A DNA stretch of 56,383 nucleotides, counting the filler, from Sphacelaria rigidula (Eukaryota), in assembly GCA_964200075.2 (NCBI GenBank). It is 4 parts of 4 records of this genome, joined end to end, with 100 filler letters (N's around TTAATTAATTAA, not from the genome) between each part and the next. Parts side by side here need not be neighbours in the genome. Positions count along the whole stretch, not along the records: positions 1 to 14,022 come from CAXNAA020002508.1; positions 14,123 to 28,144 come from CAXNAA020002509.1; 2 more parts are not named here. The stretch is one strand, 5' to 3'. The position numbers and the translations under genes are program-made. Shown here one piece after another: positions 11,901-24,449 of this stretch (its first letter is position 1; the number at the start of each line of letters is the position of its first letter). The notes under the pieces were generated by a model that saw only the letters and a list, made by a program, of their open reading frames with translations, was not told the DNA's origin and searched no databases.

Positions 11901-14022
11901 GCATGGTCTGGATGTGCCACCGTCATGCCATACAACGCAGGTGGCAAAAAGTCGCTCTCGTGACAGTGAAATTGAGACCTCTCGCGGTTTGCTGTTTTGT
12001 GTTTCGTTTTATTCCTGACGTTTCGGTCTACACCGTGGGACGTGAGCCGCTTTCGTCTTTGCTTCGTCTTTGCCCTCTCACATGGGGGGATGTCGAGAGA
12101 GAGGGGACGTCGTTACGGCAGTTGTGAAGAGAAATGGAGGGATGGATTGGCATATTCATGGCCCATTTCGCGTCTAGTCGAGACCGTCGCCACGAAGACG
12201 GGCCCGAAGGATCTGAGTTATGTTGTAGGGGGGGAGCATATGACGCGATGGAGTGTTGTGATCATTCGTCAGTGTAAAGGACGCGGAGTACTTGGACATT
12301 GGTGCTGCACGTAAAGGGGAGCTTGGTTGGTTGTGCCGTGCGGCGCAGTAATTAGCAGATTGTTGTTCACGCGTCGCACGACTGCGCACGTGGTGAGCGT
12401 GACAAATGTGTACCAGAGGCAGACTGAAATTATTACGAAAGTACAGTATGGAAATTTCGTTTACAGACTACTCTCACTGATTCGGCGTCTTGGATTGTAG
12501 GGTGTGTTGAAGCGGTTTGTCCTCCGCAGTATGTATCTGCGTGGCATTGCGGAGGCAGCGTTTTGATCGTGCGTTTTCAGTGATGACTCTCGTGGAAAAT
12601 CGTCACCCAGGCTCACGGCACTCGGCCGTAAAAATTGGTTCGAGAGTCTACGATAGTGGCGCCAGCATCGTTGGGTACGGTACAACCGCGTAGTCGGTAG
12701 ATTTGCAATTTCTTGATGAGAAATATTGCGTGCTTTTCAAGTTTAGAGTGGCCGGTGCATGTTGGCGCAGAGTAGGCGCAGTGGTTGTTGTGGGAGGCAC
12801 ATGTAGTACCATCACACATGATCATGATTATCTGTTTGCTGTCGAAGCGGTCGAGGTGATGGTTCATCTCAAGGCAGTGGTGCCGCCGGTCGTCACGATC
12901 ATTGGCGATGCAGGGGACGGGGTGGGGGGGCAGACGGAGGTTAAGGGGGGTACTGTGAGGACATGTGCCACACGGGAAAATCGCCCCATAGGCAGCTGTT
13001 CAGCAATCCAGGGACCACTTTGCGCCGAATCTTCCTGATTTCGAGCCGAAAAGGAACGTTCGGTGGTCCAGCTGCTATTTTACGGCGGGAGGACACTAGT
13101 TTGAATCCCAACAGATGACGATCTTTTTTAGAAGAATCTTGTATCCGTCGTTGGAAGCGTCAGCACACGAGTAGCAAAGAAAAGTCGACGACAGTTGATG
13201 CGATGCGGGGAGTGCTGCATCCAATCCTCGATGTCAGGCATGTCCCGGGGCAGAGATGGGTTATGTGATGGAGACTGCGGATCGTCAAGAGGGAGGAACG
13301 GAGGGGTTGATAGGATTACGTGAAAATATATATGTTTTATATGTACTACGCACGCCTTGTTTCACCCAAGATCTCGTGATGGTCTCTCCCTATGAGGAAG
13401 CCGGACATGCGGGGGTTTTGAGTGTCTTTGATGGACTTCTCCCGTGGGAAGATTTGTTATTGGCGACTCCAATAACTATCTTGAACGCTCACATGGTCAC
13501 CTGATGAGGGGTGTTTTTCAAGATCCCTTCACAACCGCTTGGGTTTGCTCACCATAGTTGGGCCGTACATTTGGTCAACTCGTCGTGAAGGGGGAAAAGT
13601 CATCCTGCTCTCACAGGCTTTTGCTCAGCTCGGACGTGCGCCTTTCTCACGGGAGGGTTTTGACGATGCAACACTTGATGGCTTGGAGTGGGTGTGCCTT
13701 CCCTCTCTTCGAAGGAGTACGATAACCCGATGACCATTCCAAATATTTGAACACGCTCAATGACTCGCAAGACAAAAACTCGAGATCAGGATTTGAACGC
13801 GCACCTTGCCCTGTCGATGTGAGCTCGTCTCTCTACGGCAAAAGTGCGATTGTATCTCCTCCCGTGCAGGGAGTATCTACAGTCAAGGAATTTCGGAAAA
13901 CGGTCTCCTGTCATTTCAGAATGTCAATTTCTCAGGATCAGAGTGCAGAGTTGTTGTTGTGTGTTGTCGTCCCTTTTATTCTGGGCGCCAGTCTACCCCT
14001 TTCGGGATATGTGGGCGCATCA

Positions 14023-14122
14023 NNNNNNNNNNNNNNNNNNNNNNNNNNNNNNNNNNNNNNNNNNNNTTAATTAATTAANNNNNNNNNNNNNNNNNNNNNN
14101 NNNNNNNNNNNNNNNNNNNNNN
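14023..14122. other. Artificial contig spacer (N44-TTAATTAATTAA-N44)
   Basis: Six-frame stop linker at 14067-14078. Confidence 0.97.
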
Positions 14123-15769
14123 CCTGCTCGTTAAAATCCCCCCCCCGTGTCCCCAACAAAATCATGGGGCCCCCCCCCCCCCCCCCGTGTCGCGAGGATT
14201 TTTACAGGCAGTCCCCCCTGTCTCGCGAATATTTTTGCAGCCCCCCGTCTCGTGAGTGTTTTTGTAGTCCCCCCCTGTTGGCAGTATGTTTCTAGTGGTG
14301 GTAATGGTAGAGGTGTCAGCGATGCCGGAGCTACATGTATGCTGTTTCTCGTGTCCTTCCGTATCTGACGATATTCGCATCTCTGTTCACTTTACCACGA
14401 TGCACGTTCATTTTAACCTTTGCGGTGAAGATGTCACCCTGCCTTCTGATGACGGATATACCCTACCGTGCATGGTGCGGCCGATCGCAGACAAGCTACG
14501 CGCCGGTCTGCTGCAGAATGGCGGAGCTTTGCCCCGTGGTGGGGGAGATATTGTGTCCATGTCAGCGCTGCAGCACGTCGGCAGCGCTGCGCACGACCTT
14601 GTGGACCAGCTCACCGTGCGGGTGCCGCCGGGAAAAATCTCGCCTCAATCACTGCGTCGACAACGTCTATGCGACCTATTCCGACGCGGAGCCATGTCAC
14701 CGCGTCCAACTGCATATCGACTTCCGCGCCCTACTGTTGGACGCTGCTGCTGCTGGCGGGGAGACTGCGAATGGGGTTCACAAGCGTGTCCTCTTTGGCG
14801 AATCACATTTGCGCGCTTGCCCAGGCACACCTTCATTATCTCCTGCGACAAGGATGTTACGCGATGACTCTCTTTGAGGTCATAGGAGTATAGCCGGGTT
14901 GGTTTGGCAGAGCTGACAGTGCAGAGGTGGACGATGGGGAACGAAAATCTGGGTCGGAAGGGGAGAACAGATTTCACCGGATCGCGCGATTGGCCAGTTA
15001 TGGTGTTCGTGGGTGAACGATGGAAGGCGAACGCCTGGGTCGGAAGTGAGAGGTGGGGGGAGATGCACCCCCACCGAAGCGCAATGTCGGCGATTTGTCG
15101 AAGTCGGAGTGTCGTTCGATCTTCGCTTTCTTGTCGAACGTCTTGGCAGGAGCGGTGGGATCAACCACTACGGAGTTGGTGATTTCCACGCCTTCCTTCT
15201 TGTTGCTTGCGTTATACGAGAATTGAGCCGATGAGGGTGCTACCGGGACTGTTCTGAGCTCGTCGGAGGTGGTCGTCGGGCAATACTGTATGGTGAGATT
15301 TCCCCCCACGTGCGTTTACAGTATCGCGAGCGTCATACCCCTCCAGGCTCGGTGCGTATCGCTTTGTAGCGGTCCAATCTACAAACTCGATAGCAACTAA
15401 CTCCGTGCTAGTGACGCAAGTTATGAACGCTATCACTGAGTAGCGTCTGGGGTCGCGCAAACTCTTGTAACCCCACATGGTATGTAACAAACAGATCGAT
15501 GACTGTTCAAATAGTGGTAAATGTCCCAATTATGGTACGTTTAAGGCACCTGACGGGAAAAGCTCCGTTTCGTAGGAACCATGGCACGTACAACAATGCC
15601 AGGGTATCCGCAGAGAGACAATTCAGTCCTCCATCACTCAAACGTTTCAGAATTACAAACTAATCCAACCAAGTTGCAGGAGTAACAGTGACGAATGACT
15701 TTATTGACATGAAAAATGCAGCCAAAATACCCTCTGTTCCAATTAAGGTACACTTTACGTAACAGTTGA

Positions 15770-16380
15770 TTTCTCGCGATCTGGGACGTTTTCAGAGCTT
15801 CCCCCTTGGTACAATCTTCATGAGATTGGTGCGATCCGTTTTGCAGGAGAAAAAAATATATATTGCGGGGATGAAAATGGCCTATCCCCTGGTTGTCCGA
15901 ATAAATTTCGCCATCAAGTCTGTGTTTGGCAACGCCGTACTCGACGTCAACCATTTATTTTTATTTTTACCCCAGTGATGTACGATTTGAGAGTAATCTC
16001 CCAAAACCTTACCACACCAAAACCTGACCACGGGCTGGATTGTTGCAATCAGCTAATGTGAGATGATCAATCAATGAAAACCCCCAAAAGTTGGTGTTAA
16101 TCGGTTACGATGAAGGTACTCTGTGACAAACGTTGAGTGATGCCCCCTGATCACTCATTTTTCACCAGAAATCGATAGTGACTACGGGAATGGAGCACCT
16201 GGGACGTTTCAGACCTTCTCCTTTGGTACAAATGTTCATGAGGGTAGTGCAGTCCGTTTTGCAAAGAAAAAAAAATGCGGGGATGAAAATAGCCTATGCC
16301 CTAGTTTTCGGAACAAATCTGACCATTACGTCTGTGTTTGGCAACGCCGTACTCGACGAAAACACTCTTTTTTTATTTTC
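15770..16380 (+). repeat. Tandem host repeat interrupted by the YR element (units ~15780-15960 and ~16195-16380; continues ~24620-24920)
   Basis: CTGGGACGTT..AGA.CTTC.CC.T.GG.ACAA ... GGCAACGCC shared by three copies, on both sides of the element. Confidence 0.7.
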
Positions 16381-16404
16381 CTTGTTTTTTGACCCATCGA
16401 AATA

Positions 16405-16880
16405 CGTCAGTATTTTCGAGTCCATTCTTCTCCTCAGACAGTATGAGGTCAAAACAGTGGTATCATCTTCCACGGAGGTCGGTGTATCCACTTGTCGTGA
16501 ATAGGAAGAGGAATGAGTGTTGCTTGAACTGGTGATGAGCGATTAAGCAACACTCATTTCTTCTGGATATTCCCGATTTTAATGAATTTCGGAGAAATGT
16601 TTGGACTGAAAATAACTTCTGCTGGGTGGGTGGGTGGTGTCTCAACAGATGACTGTTTTATCTCTGTTTTCCTGTGGAAAACAGGGGATGAAATTGAAAA
16701 GTGAGGCGAGAGGCTGCTCTCTGACAAACATGTCTTTTTATCTTATGACGTAGTTTGTAAATATTACATCTTTATCAAATGACTCTTTTGATAATTCGTC
16801 AGTATTTTCGAGTCCATTCTTCTCCTCAGACAGTATGGGGTCAAAACAGTGGTATCACCTTCCACGGTCGGTGCATCCAC
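16405..16880. repeat. 3' terminal block of the YR element: B2 (16405-16491), spacer with hairpin, A2 (16637-16796), B1 (16797-16880)
   Basis: CGTCAGTATTTTCGAGTCCATTCTTCTCCTCAGACAGTATG... occurs twice; B1 directly abuts A2; a 14-bp perfect stem at 16512-16525/16545-16558 lies in the spacer. Confidence 0.88.
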
Positions 16881-17149
16881 TCCTTCCCTCACTCAAGAAG
16901 CTCTCTGGCTCATCAAGGCGGTTTCGAGGGCTTCATCTACCCCATACTGTATTAAAACCTGAAGACGTTGAGCCTGGCGTTGTTTTATGGACGGAACACT
17001 TATTATATGAAAATAAACTGGAGGCCTTTCACTAAACGCTGCCCACGATTGACTCTGTTCTCGAAGTGGGAACTCGTCTCGTTCTCTCTATATATGCTCT
17101 TCAGTAATACCCTTGACCATACCCGTGCCCTCAGAGCTTGGAGCTGCAA

Positions 17150-18300
17150 CTTCTATCAAGCGCACATACCGCCACGCTGTTTTTGGATTTTACAGTACGC
17201 TGGTTGCATAATTGTCGACAAAGAATCGCCCGCTAAGGCTCGTGTGAGCACCCTACCAGATCGGAAAGAATGCAGGGAAAACTCTTGGGTTTCGCGTGCA
17301 GCGTGTCCATATCGCTTCAGTGCGGCCGACATTTTTTTATGTCGTCACGGGCAAAACGACCCCGTGTAGGCTTTTGCCATATTTCAAATTTTCCGGTTGA
17401 AACATCCGGAAACGAATATCCTGACGTCATGTCTCATCCGAATGCGTTGCATACTGCCACCCATTGTTCTACCGCTCGAAGAGGACAAATGGCACGTAGT
17501 CGTCTTTTATGGTATCGTGATAATGTGATCGGCTCCGTCGCGTTGGTTTTCCTTTGAAAATTGAACATGAGCGCGCTCTTGTTCGGGAGCCTGAGCTAGT
17601 AACACTCTCTTTGTTGCGGATGAAGTGGTTTGTAGTCGCATTCTCATCGGTCCGAGTATGACTGCTAAATGGGTAGGTAGGATTGTCGGGGCTTGTTTTC
17701 GTTCCGCCGTGGTGAACACACCTGTGTGTTTTTGTTCTCCCTTGGTGAGTGTCATATACTGAGCTTTCGCCATACGGGGTTGCCGATCTGCAAAGTACTA
17801 CTCCACGGTGTAACTATCCCCAGATCCTTTTCAAACGCCATGATCAACTCAGATACGTGATTCATTCTAAGGGAACCGTAAGTGTATCGGAGATCACGCT
17901 CTCCCACCGTTGTTGAGCAGGCCGAAAGAGCTGTGGTGCCTACTGCGGTACAGTGCTCAACATGTACAACCGTCCTCCGTCTCCCACCAACAGATGAACT
18001 ACGATGTTTTTGGGTTGAGCGTGTTCGATAGCCGTGTTCGTGCGATTAGATCGCGACTTCAGGGAACTACTGAATAATTCCCATGTTGCCGATCTACTTC
18101 TAGTGGACGCTGCCGAAGCGGTTGTGAACTATCATACATATCTTCTGTGGACTGTGTGTTCATCTATCTGTAACCCCTATCTCCTTGTTTGCAATGGTTA
18201 TCGGAGACCGTATCGCCACATGATTTGGCAAAAACTATATCCCTCGTCATTTTTACTGTGACAAGTAGGACAGAACACGCGTGCGCTTGGAGCAGACGCC
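17150..18300 (-). pseudogene. Tyrosine recombinase remnant with N-terminal Cys motif
   Basis: FCPTCHSKNDEGYSFCQ, RDGADH, CPLRAVEQWV...GYSFP and the catalytic-box motif SLHSFRSG (17278-17255). Confidence 0.8.
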
Positions 18301-18912
18301 CGGAGAAGCGGGCGAGCGCGACCTTGTTCGGCGCTTGGTTGGTGTCCAGAACGAAATAGGGTTCCCAGAATACTCAGAGCGAAAGTGAGCGCCGGGTACA
18401 CAGTTCGCAAAGCCTGGGCATAGTTTCGCGATACAGTCAGTGTAAGCGTAGAAATTGGCGTTGAGATCATTCGATGATAATAATCTGATCATTCCCTACG
18501 TTTTGAAACAGAAACGCTCCTGACCCTTTTGGTGACGAATCTTGAAAATAAAAGGGCGAAGCCCGTGTTGGAAACAAAAGCCTTCTAGTTACCTTGCTGT
18601 AGCGCTGACTAGTCTGGGGGACCAAGGCTGTTTCCGATACGGCACGATGATAACTGCCTGAACCCTGCATTCCTCGAGATGCTGGAGCAGTATCCCGACC
18701 GTACGCGTGGGTGGGAAACCAAAACCAAACATGCTCTTTGCGAACCCGGCATGTGACTGACATCTTGTGTGAATACGTCGACGCGTGCGCACGCACCCCT
18801 GGGTATGGTGAGGCGAGTAGAATTATATATTTTCTTCTGTGCATTTTCTTGCCCACCACCGTTCATGAACCGAGGTAGGAGTAGTCATCAAATCGATATC
18901 AAACCCGCCGGC

Positions 18913-19280
18913 TCAGTCACTTGATTTCACGAGCACGGATTTGTCTAGTCTGACATATTTGTCCGACCCAGGTCGCGATATACCGTCGGCTTCCGCGTTT
19001 GTAGTGAAATGATGCCATGCATAGCCGTATTCCGCGCTCTGCCTCTTTGAAAAGAGCCATGGAGGCCCTTGTTGTCTACATCCGAAATGAGAGGGAACCG
19101 GTGAGCTGACCAGGGTGGTCATCACAGAACAAACTCGACTCTGCTGCAATGCGTACCCTTCCTGCACGTTGATGTGTTATTTTCCTATCTGTGGTGGAAA
19201 TCACCTCTTGCTCTGTAGATAAGATGTTCGGGGCTACTAACCAGACCGCCTCATCCGCTTGAAGACGCATCAGATGCCCT
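18913..19280 (-). pseudogene. DIRS-type RNase H remnant
   Basis: SDASSSG*GGLV followed by HINVQEGYAL (DAS..GWG / HINxxE motifs), directly downstream of the RT. Confidence 0.75.
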
Positions 19281-19454
19281 AGTCAAGGAGAGCATTTTAT
19301 GTTCCACTCTGTACCATGAGACTCCATTGAACTGTGCTCGAACCCGCAACCACTGCTCAACCTCGAACATAAGGCCACTGTTAGCTGGGATGTCGTTACA
19401 GTATCCGCACTTCGCATTTTCCCCCTGTACGTTGAAAATTTGCCATCTGTTTGT

Positions 19455-20185
19455 TCATGTGATGCGTATATAGCTTTCCGCCGGGGTCTCGAAACGACAA
19501 GAAAACTGGATCACAGGTAACACGTAGGAGCACCAAACGGATAGTGGGTTGAAGTTGACACTTCGGGACCGAGATAAAACTATCCCGCTCTGTACTAGAC
19601 CTTCAATGCCAATGCGTCGCAGTCTGTGTGGCTTTGAACTGCGCAGCTGGTTGTAGGGTATTGGTAGACCTGAAACTCGTAACGTAGAAGTCGTCGATCC
19701 ACGTGAGGGTTGAACGCCCTTGGGACGTAGGGATCGAGCTACAGCTTCGGGCAAGGATGTGTACATTACGGGTGTCAAACACCATCCGAAGGCAAGAACG
19801 GTGACCACATGAAAGTGGCCTTCCCGTCCACAAGCAAAATATTGAAATATTTTCACGAATCCTGTTGAAAAGCTACATGGTGATCGCCCGCCTTGTGGTC
19901 GATCGTCATCTGATGGGCCCCTGGCCATGTGCCTTGAGCGACCTTACCTACTCCGTCCAGAGTAAGAGGGACATGATTGCATATCAAATTGAGTCAGCGC
20001 GCGTCCCAAATAAGTCTAGGGTTCGCTGTTTCGACCCCCAAGGGTAACACCGTATGGGGCTTACTGTCGGTTGTCGTATCGGCTATGTCTGCCCAGCGAG
20101 CAACACATCCTCCACGTACGAGTCCTGTGACTTCCTCGGTGACCCAAGAGCGGTATTCAACTGGAATATGATTGGGGAAAATGCA
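19455..20185 (-). pseudogene. DIRS-type reverse transcriptase remnant
   Basis: PHTVLPLGVETANPRLIWDAR, DHKAGDHHV, VVTVLAFGWCLTPVMY and TLTWIDDFYV (WIDD at 19701-19690) across shifted frames. Confidence 0.85.
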
Positions 20186-21485
20186 CCTGTGTAAGGTCTG
20201 CACCATTGAACCTGCGGCCCTGAAACACACCGGTAGCGGTGTGTGTGTGTGTGTGTGTTGTCGTCTCATTTATTCCGGGCGCCAGTCTACCCCTTTCGGG
20301 ATATTTGGGGTCAACAAATGATGCATAGGAACGCCGTGCACCTAGCCAAGTAGGGTGTCACGTTCGGCCTCAGGAGTTTCTTGTAAGATCGCTTTTTTCT
20401 AGTACGAGACTGCCGACTGGAGATGAGCTGGAACAAAACATTTGTCATCCATATCGTAGCCTGTTGTGTTCTACGCTGTTCTTGCAATAGGACCTCATTA
20501 TTGGTGAGGTCGATGGTCGAGCTCTAGTCTTGCGACTCGCTTAGAATCGTACCGTGAACTCTGTGTACCAACGTTTGCAGTACGCTGTACTCGCTCGGCT
20601 CAAAAACGATCCGCCCCAATCCAACCCGCGTACGAGTATTTATTACGGGGTTGGGCAAGTGGAAATATATTTTTATAATAACATGGAAATGGGGATCTGT
20701 TTCTTGTGAAAGACACCGTTGCGAGCTTCCTACGGGAAATTATACCTGTCTACATGTAAAAAGTATGAAATCGTATTTGTATGAATATATACGTCGGAAA
20801 AACATTATGTTTTCATACTTGGCAACAAAAAGTATTGAAACAAAGGTGTGAGAAAACTAAAAGGGTCCTCGCGCTCAACCGTCGACCAAAGTCCGAGCCA
20901 AGAAAAGGGCAAGGTGCAGAGGTGTTTGGAGAGGGTCTGGAGTTGGGTGGGACATTTCATCATGTGAATTCGATGTATGTAAAATATATTCGGATAGGTG
21001 ATTTGTCCTTGCGGCCGCTGAAAGGGAAAACAAAATCGAATCATAATACGATGATTCGATAGCGACCAGCCACTATACCTTTTTGATATGAGCTCGAATG
21101 CAGTATTAATAGTATACTGCAGCGGTCGAGAGGGTGCGGAGTGGCCATAATCTCGGATGGCCTCCCATGCTCTACTGGAAAGGAAACAAAGCAGTGTCGA
21201 AATAGTGAGAAATATTGAATTAATCATTTTTCATCATGCCTTTTCGTTACTGAACATCATGTATCCAGGAGGTCTCACACTGTAAAAGTGACACACACCT
21301 GTCGGCAGTAACTTGGAATTACTGCACGGAACGAAAAGCAAAGGGGGTTGCAAGTTTATATCAAAACAAAGAACTAAAAGGGGCAGACGGAGCAGACCAG
21401 CCGATATCACCCGCTGAAGGGCAGTGATCGACTGCAACCGTATACAATGTCGACGGGACACATGAGCGGACCAGCCCGTCGATCC

Positions 21486-22200
21486 CTATCCATTCGGGCA
21501 GTTACACTTGATATGCCTGAACTGGTGGCACTTTCTGCAATCCACGAGAGGGCACACCCTGTTGAGAATGCAAAAAACCAGCGCCTCGTTTTCCTGCATC
21601 CTTGCACCGGTTACACATAGCCGGCTTCCTTCCACTGTTACTGTTACTACCATCATTCCCGCGCCCGCGTACCGGGCCGTACTGGCTTTGCACTCTGACG
21701 CCCGCGTACGCGGACGATACAGACCATATCGGTTGGTTGTTGTAGCCGCTGGTGTGTCTCGGGTGCATAAACGAGCGGTTCGGCCCCCCGCTCCTGGCAT
21801 CCCCAAGAAATTTGGTTACCTTGGCGAGCTCTTTGACGACCCGGTCCATGTTGACCGTTCGCCCTTGTTTGGATGCACTCATTAGTTTGTTGTGCGTCTA
21901 GATGGCTGCGGCCTCCAATTTGTTGCCGAGCAAGCTGTTCTCGAGCCCCGCTTCCAACGTCGCGATGAACGACCCCTCTTCCTTGAAGTTCGGGTCCATT
22001 TGAGCCAAACGTAGTAACTCACGAACAGTGTAGTACATGTCGTGGATCAGCGGTAGCCTTCCACTGTCGTTCCAATGTCCCACTGACTTGCATGTGGTGG
22101 TCTCCGTCAGCAAAGTGAAGAGCAGGTTTTCGAACTCAGAGCAAAGAACAAAGGCCGGCAACAACAAGCACGTTGGACCGTGAGCGTGTGCCGCGGGAGC
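21486..22200 (-). pseudogene. gag-like ORF remnant of the YR retrotransposon with CX2CX4HX4C zinc knuckle
   Basis: CRKCHQFRHIKCNC at 21539-21498, preceded by CNRCKD and a G/R/N-rich linker; frameshifted. Confidence 0.7.
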
Positions 22201-22790
22201 CAAACACCACATAGCTGGGTGCCTCATGAAAGTGAAAATAACACCGGGATGAACTGAACCGAAAGAAAACCACCGTGAGAAGAGGGGCCTACGTCCGGAG
22301 GTGGCGAAATTGCGAACCACGTACAAAACGATACATTTGAACAATACGATGAGCGATCCCGAACGTAACCCTGTGGTGGCGAAAGGTGGTCCAGTTTTAA
22401 ATCGGCATAATCTGTATTCATTTTTTAAATGACAGTGATGTCGACTTATTAGTAGATCATCTTTCGTGAGCAAAGGTTTAAAATCAGCATTGAAACCTCC
22501 TGGCGGGGTAGAACCACCTCCGAAATAACGCCATCTGGAACTCGCCCGGACTCGAAATGAGTTGGCAAGGAGATGTGAGCACAGCGTAAGTGTAATGAGT
22601 AATAACCGGGAGCGCGAACCAGTTTGAAACCCGAGCGTGTCTGACCCATGCCAGCGGGTTCGAAAAAGGCAAAGACAGCTGGAAACATTTGCCGATCATG
22701 AGCGGAATAGGAAAACAAACGAATAAAGAACGTGCGAATTCGTCGGGACGCAAACCGGGGAGACCTCAACCCAGATCTGTGCATGGCTAA

Positions 22791-23082
22791 GAACAGCCGG
22801 TTTCAAAGAGCCAGGATGAGCTTGAAACTGAAACTAGGCATGAACTATGCCGAGAGCAATGAGAACAGCCAGTGGAAAAGAGCCCGTATGAACTTGAAAC
22901 TGAAACAAGGCATGAACTATCCTGAGACCAATGAGGACAGCCAGAGGCAACGAGCCAGTATGAACCTGACACTAAAACAAGGTATGAACTTATGCAGAGA
23001 GCAATGAGAGCAGCCCGTGTCAAAGAGCCAACATGAAAGTGACACTGAACCAAGGCAGGAACTGTGCGGAGAGCAATGAGCA
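22791..23082. repeat. 72-bp tandem repeat, 4 diverged units
   Basis: CAGCC unit starts at 22794, 22866, 22938, 23011 (spacing 72, 72, 73). Confidence 0.9.
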
Positions 23083-24332
23083 TCATGAGCCAATCTGAAC
23101 GTGAGCTGGGCCGAAACGTCGATGGTGGAAAAAATAGCCTGCACCAATGAGCTAGTATGAATATGCCACTGCACATCGGGAGAGGAGGCGGGGGAAAACA
23201 CCGTCATAATGAGCAAATCCAAACGTAAGGTGGTAGGAGATGTGAAACGGGTATGAATATCGCAGGAAGTAGCTGATACTAATAAAGAAAGGGCGGAATG
23301 AACCCCAGCCAGACAGAAAGGGAGACTGGGCGTGAACTAGGGAGGGAGTCAATTTCCTGCACAAATCCGGTTGAAAGCGAGCTGTCCGGAAATTATGGGG
23401 TCAAGGCATGACCGTGGCCAAAACACCGAGTGGTCGGAGCTGCTTCCACCCTAATTGATGGAGGGAGGGGAGCGAGGGTAGGGAGCTTTGGGACCGGGGA
23501 ACATGTGTTGTTGAAACCTACCGGTGCACATCTGAGTAACGCAACCATATATCGATGGCTCGCAATGTGAGTTGAAACGTTCAACATAATGGAGAGGTCA
23601 AGTCGTGTGTGTATGTATGTCCGTTCCTAGAGAGAAACAGGTACGAGAATAGGTACGGGCGAACATGAAGAAAATTAAAACAAAAACGTCCGCGCGGAAG
23701 ACGTACTAATAATTGCATTTCGAACATAAATTTGGATCCGTAACGCACATACAAGAGTTGGTAAGTGAAACGGGAGGTGACCCATATAACAAAGAAACGA
23801 ATGAACAGAACTCGCTCTACGGAGTGCACAAAGACGAGTAGCGGCAAAATGGGTGGAAAGGATAAAGGAAAACGTCCACGCTCTCGCTGTGGTCCTACGA
23901 TGTAAGAAAGAGAACGATCTTACGCACAGTATAGCGGAATTTCGAGAACTTCTGAACGGCAATCCGTGAGTGGCTGGTATCCACTGATGGAGCGAGTGGT
24001 TGGTAACCACTGAAAATGAAATAAAGAAATTCGAAGCGATACACACATATAGACATGGATATATACCGATGCCGCCGCATCGAACACGGTGTTCCTGGGA
24101 ACTCGTGAAAATACCATAAATCGTGGCACATAAGGTGCGAGAACTGTAGGGAGAGATTGAACAGTAGTGGATCGCCCTCCCGAAAACGTCACGCTTACAT
24201 ATGACTCACCTGTCCGTATTGGACACGAGGGTAAAACGGCGCTTTGAAGTCGATTTGGTCGCGGCGTCCCCCGGAGGGCTGAGGTTGTCCCGCGAGGTTC
24301 TTACGCTCCTCTAGGGATTCAATGGTCTCCTG

Positions 24333-24449
24333 TCCGTCGAAAGCTCATTTCTACTTCCGAGAGACTCATACGTGGAAACGTGAGTCCGGAAGGGTGTAAA
24401 GAACGAAAGCCCCGGGTCGAAAGACCGGGGCGAGTAGACTGACGACGGA
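24333..24449 (+). other. Candidate structured RNA/ssDNA element (nested multi-helix junction with GNRA loops)
   Basis: Hand-folded pairings: 24333-39/24443-49; 24350-55/24433-38; 24356-59/24387-90; 24363-68/24381-86; CGT-GGAA-ACG; GCCCC(G)GGTC-GAAA-GACCGGGGC at 24409-24431. Function unknown. Confidence 0.55.

Noticed and set aside
11800-13740. Decayed copia-like gag/protease remnant (also ~1300-2200, minus strand)
   Set aside because: Only faint resemblance; no intact motif or LTR pair that I can support.
14067-14078. TTAATTAATTAA as a biological motif
   Set aside because: Identical N-flanked six-frame stop linker at all three gaps; an assembly artefact.
22791-23082. CRISPR-like array
   Set aside because: Whole units are homologous with no unique spacers; eukaryotic context and no cas genes.
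24333-24449. Hammerhead ribozyme (GAAA at 24339 and 24405, CTGACGA at 24439)
   Set aside because: No UH cleavage site after a stem III, and stem II cannot close properly, so the core topology is not met.
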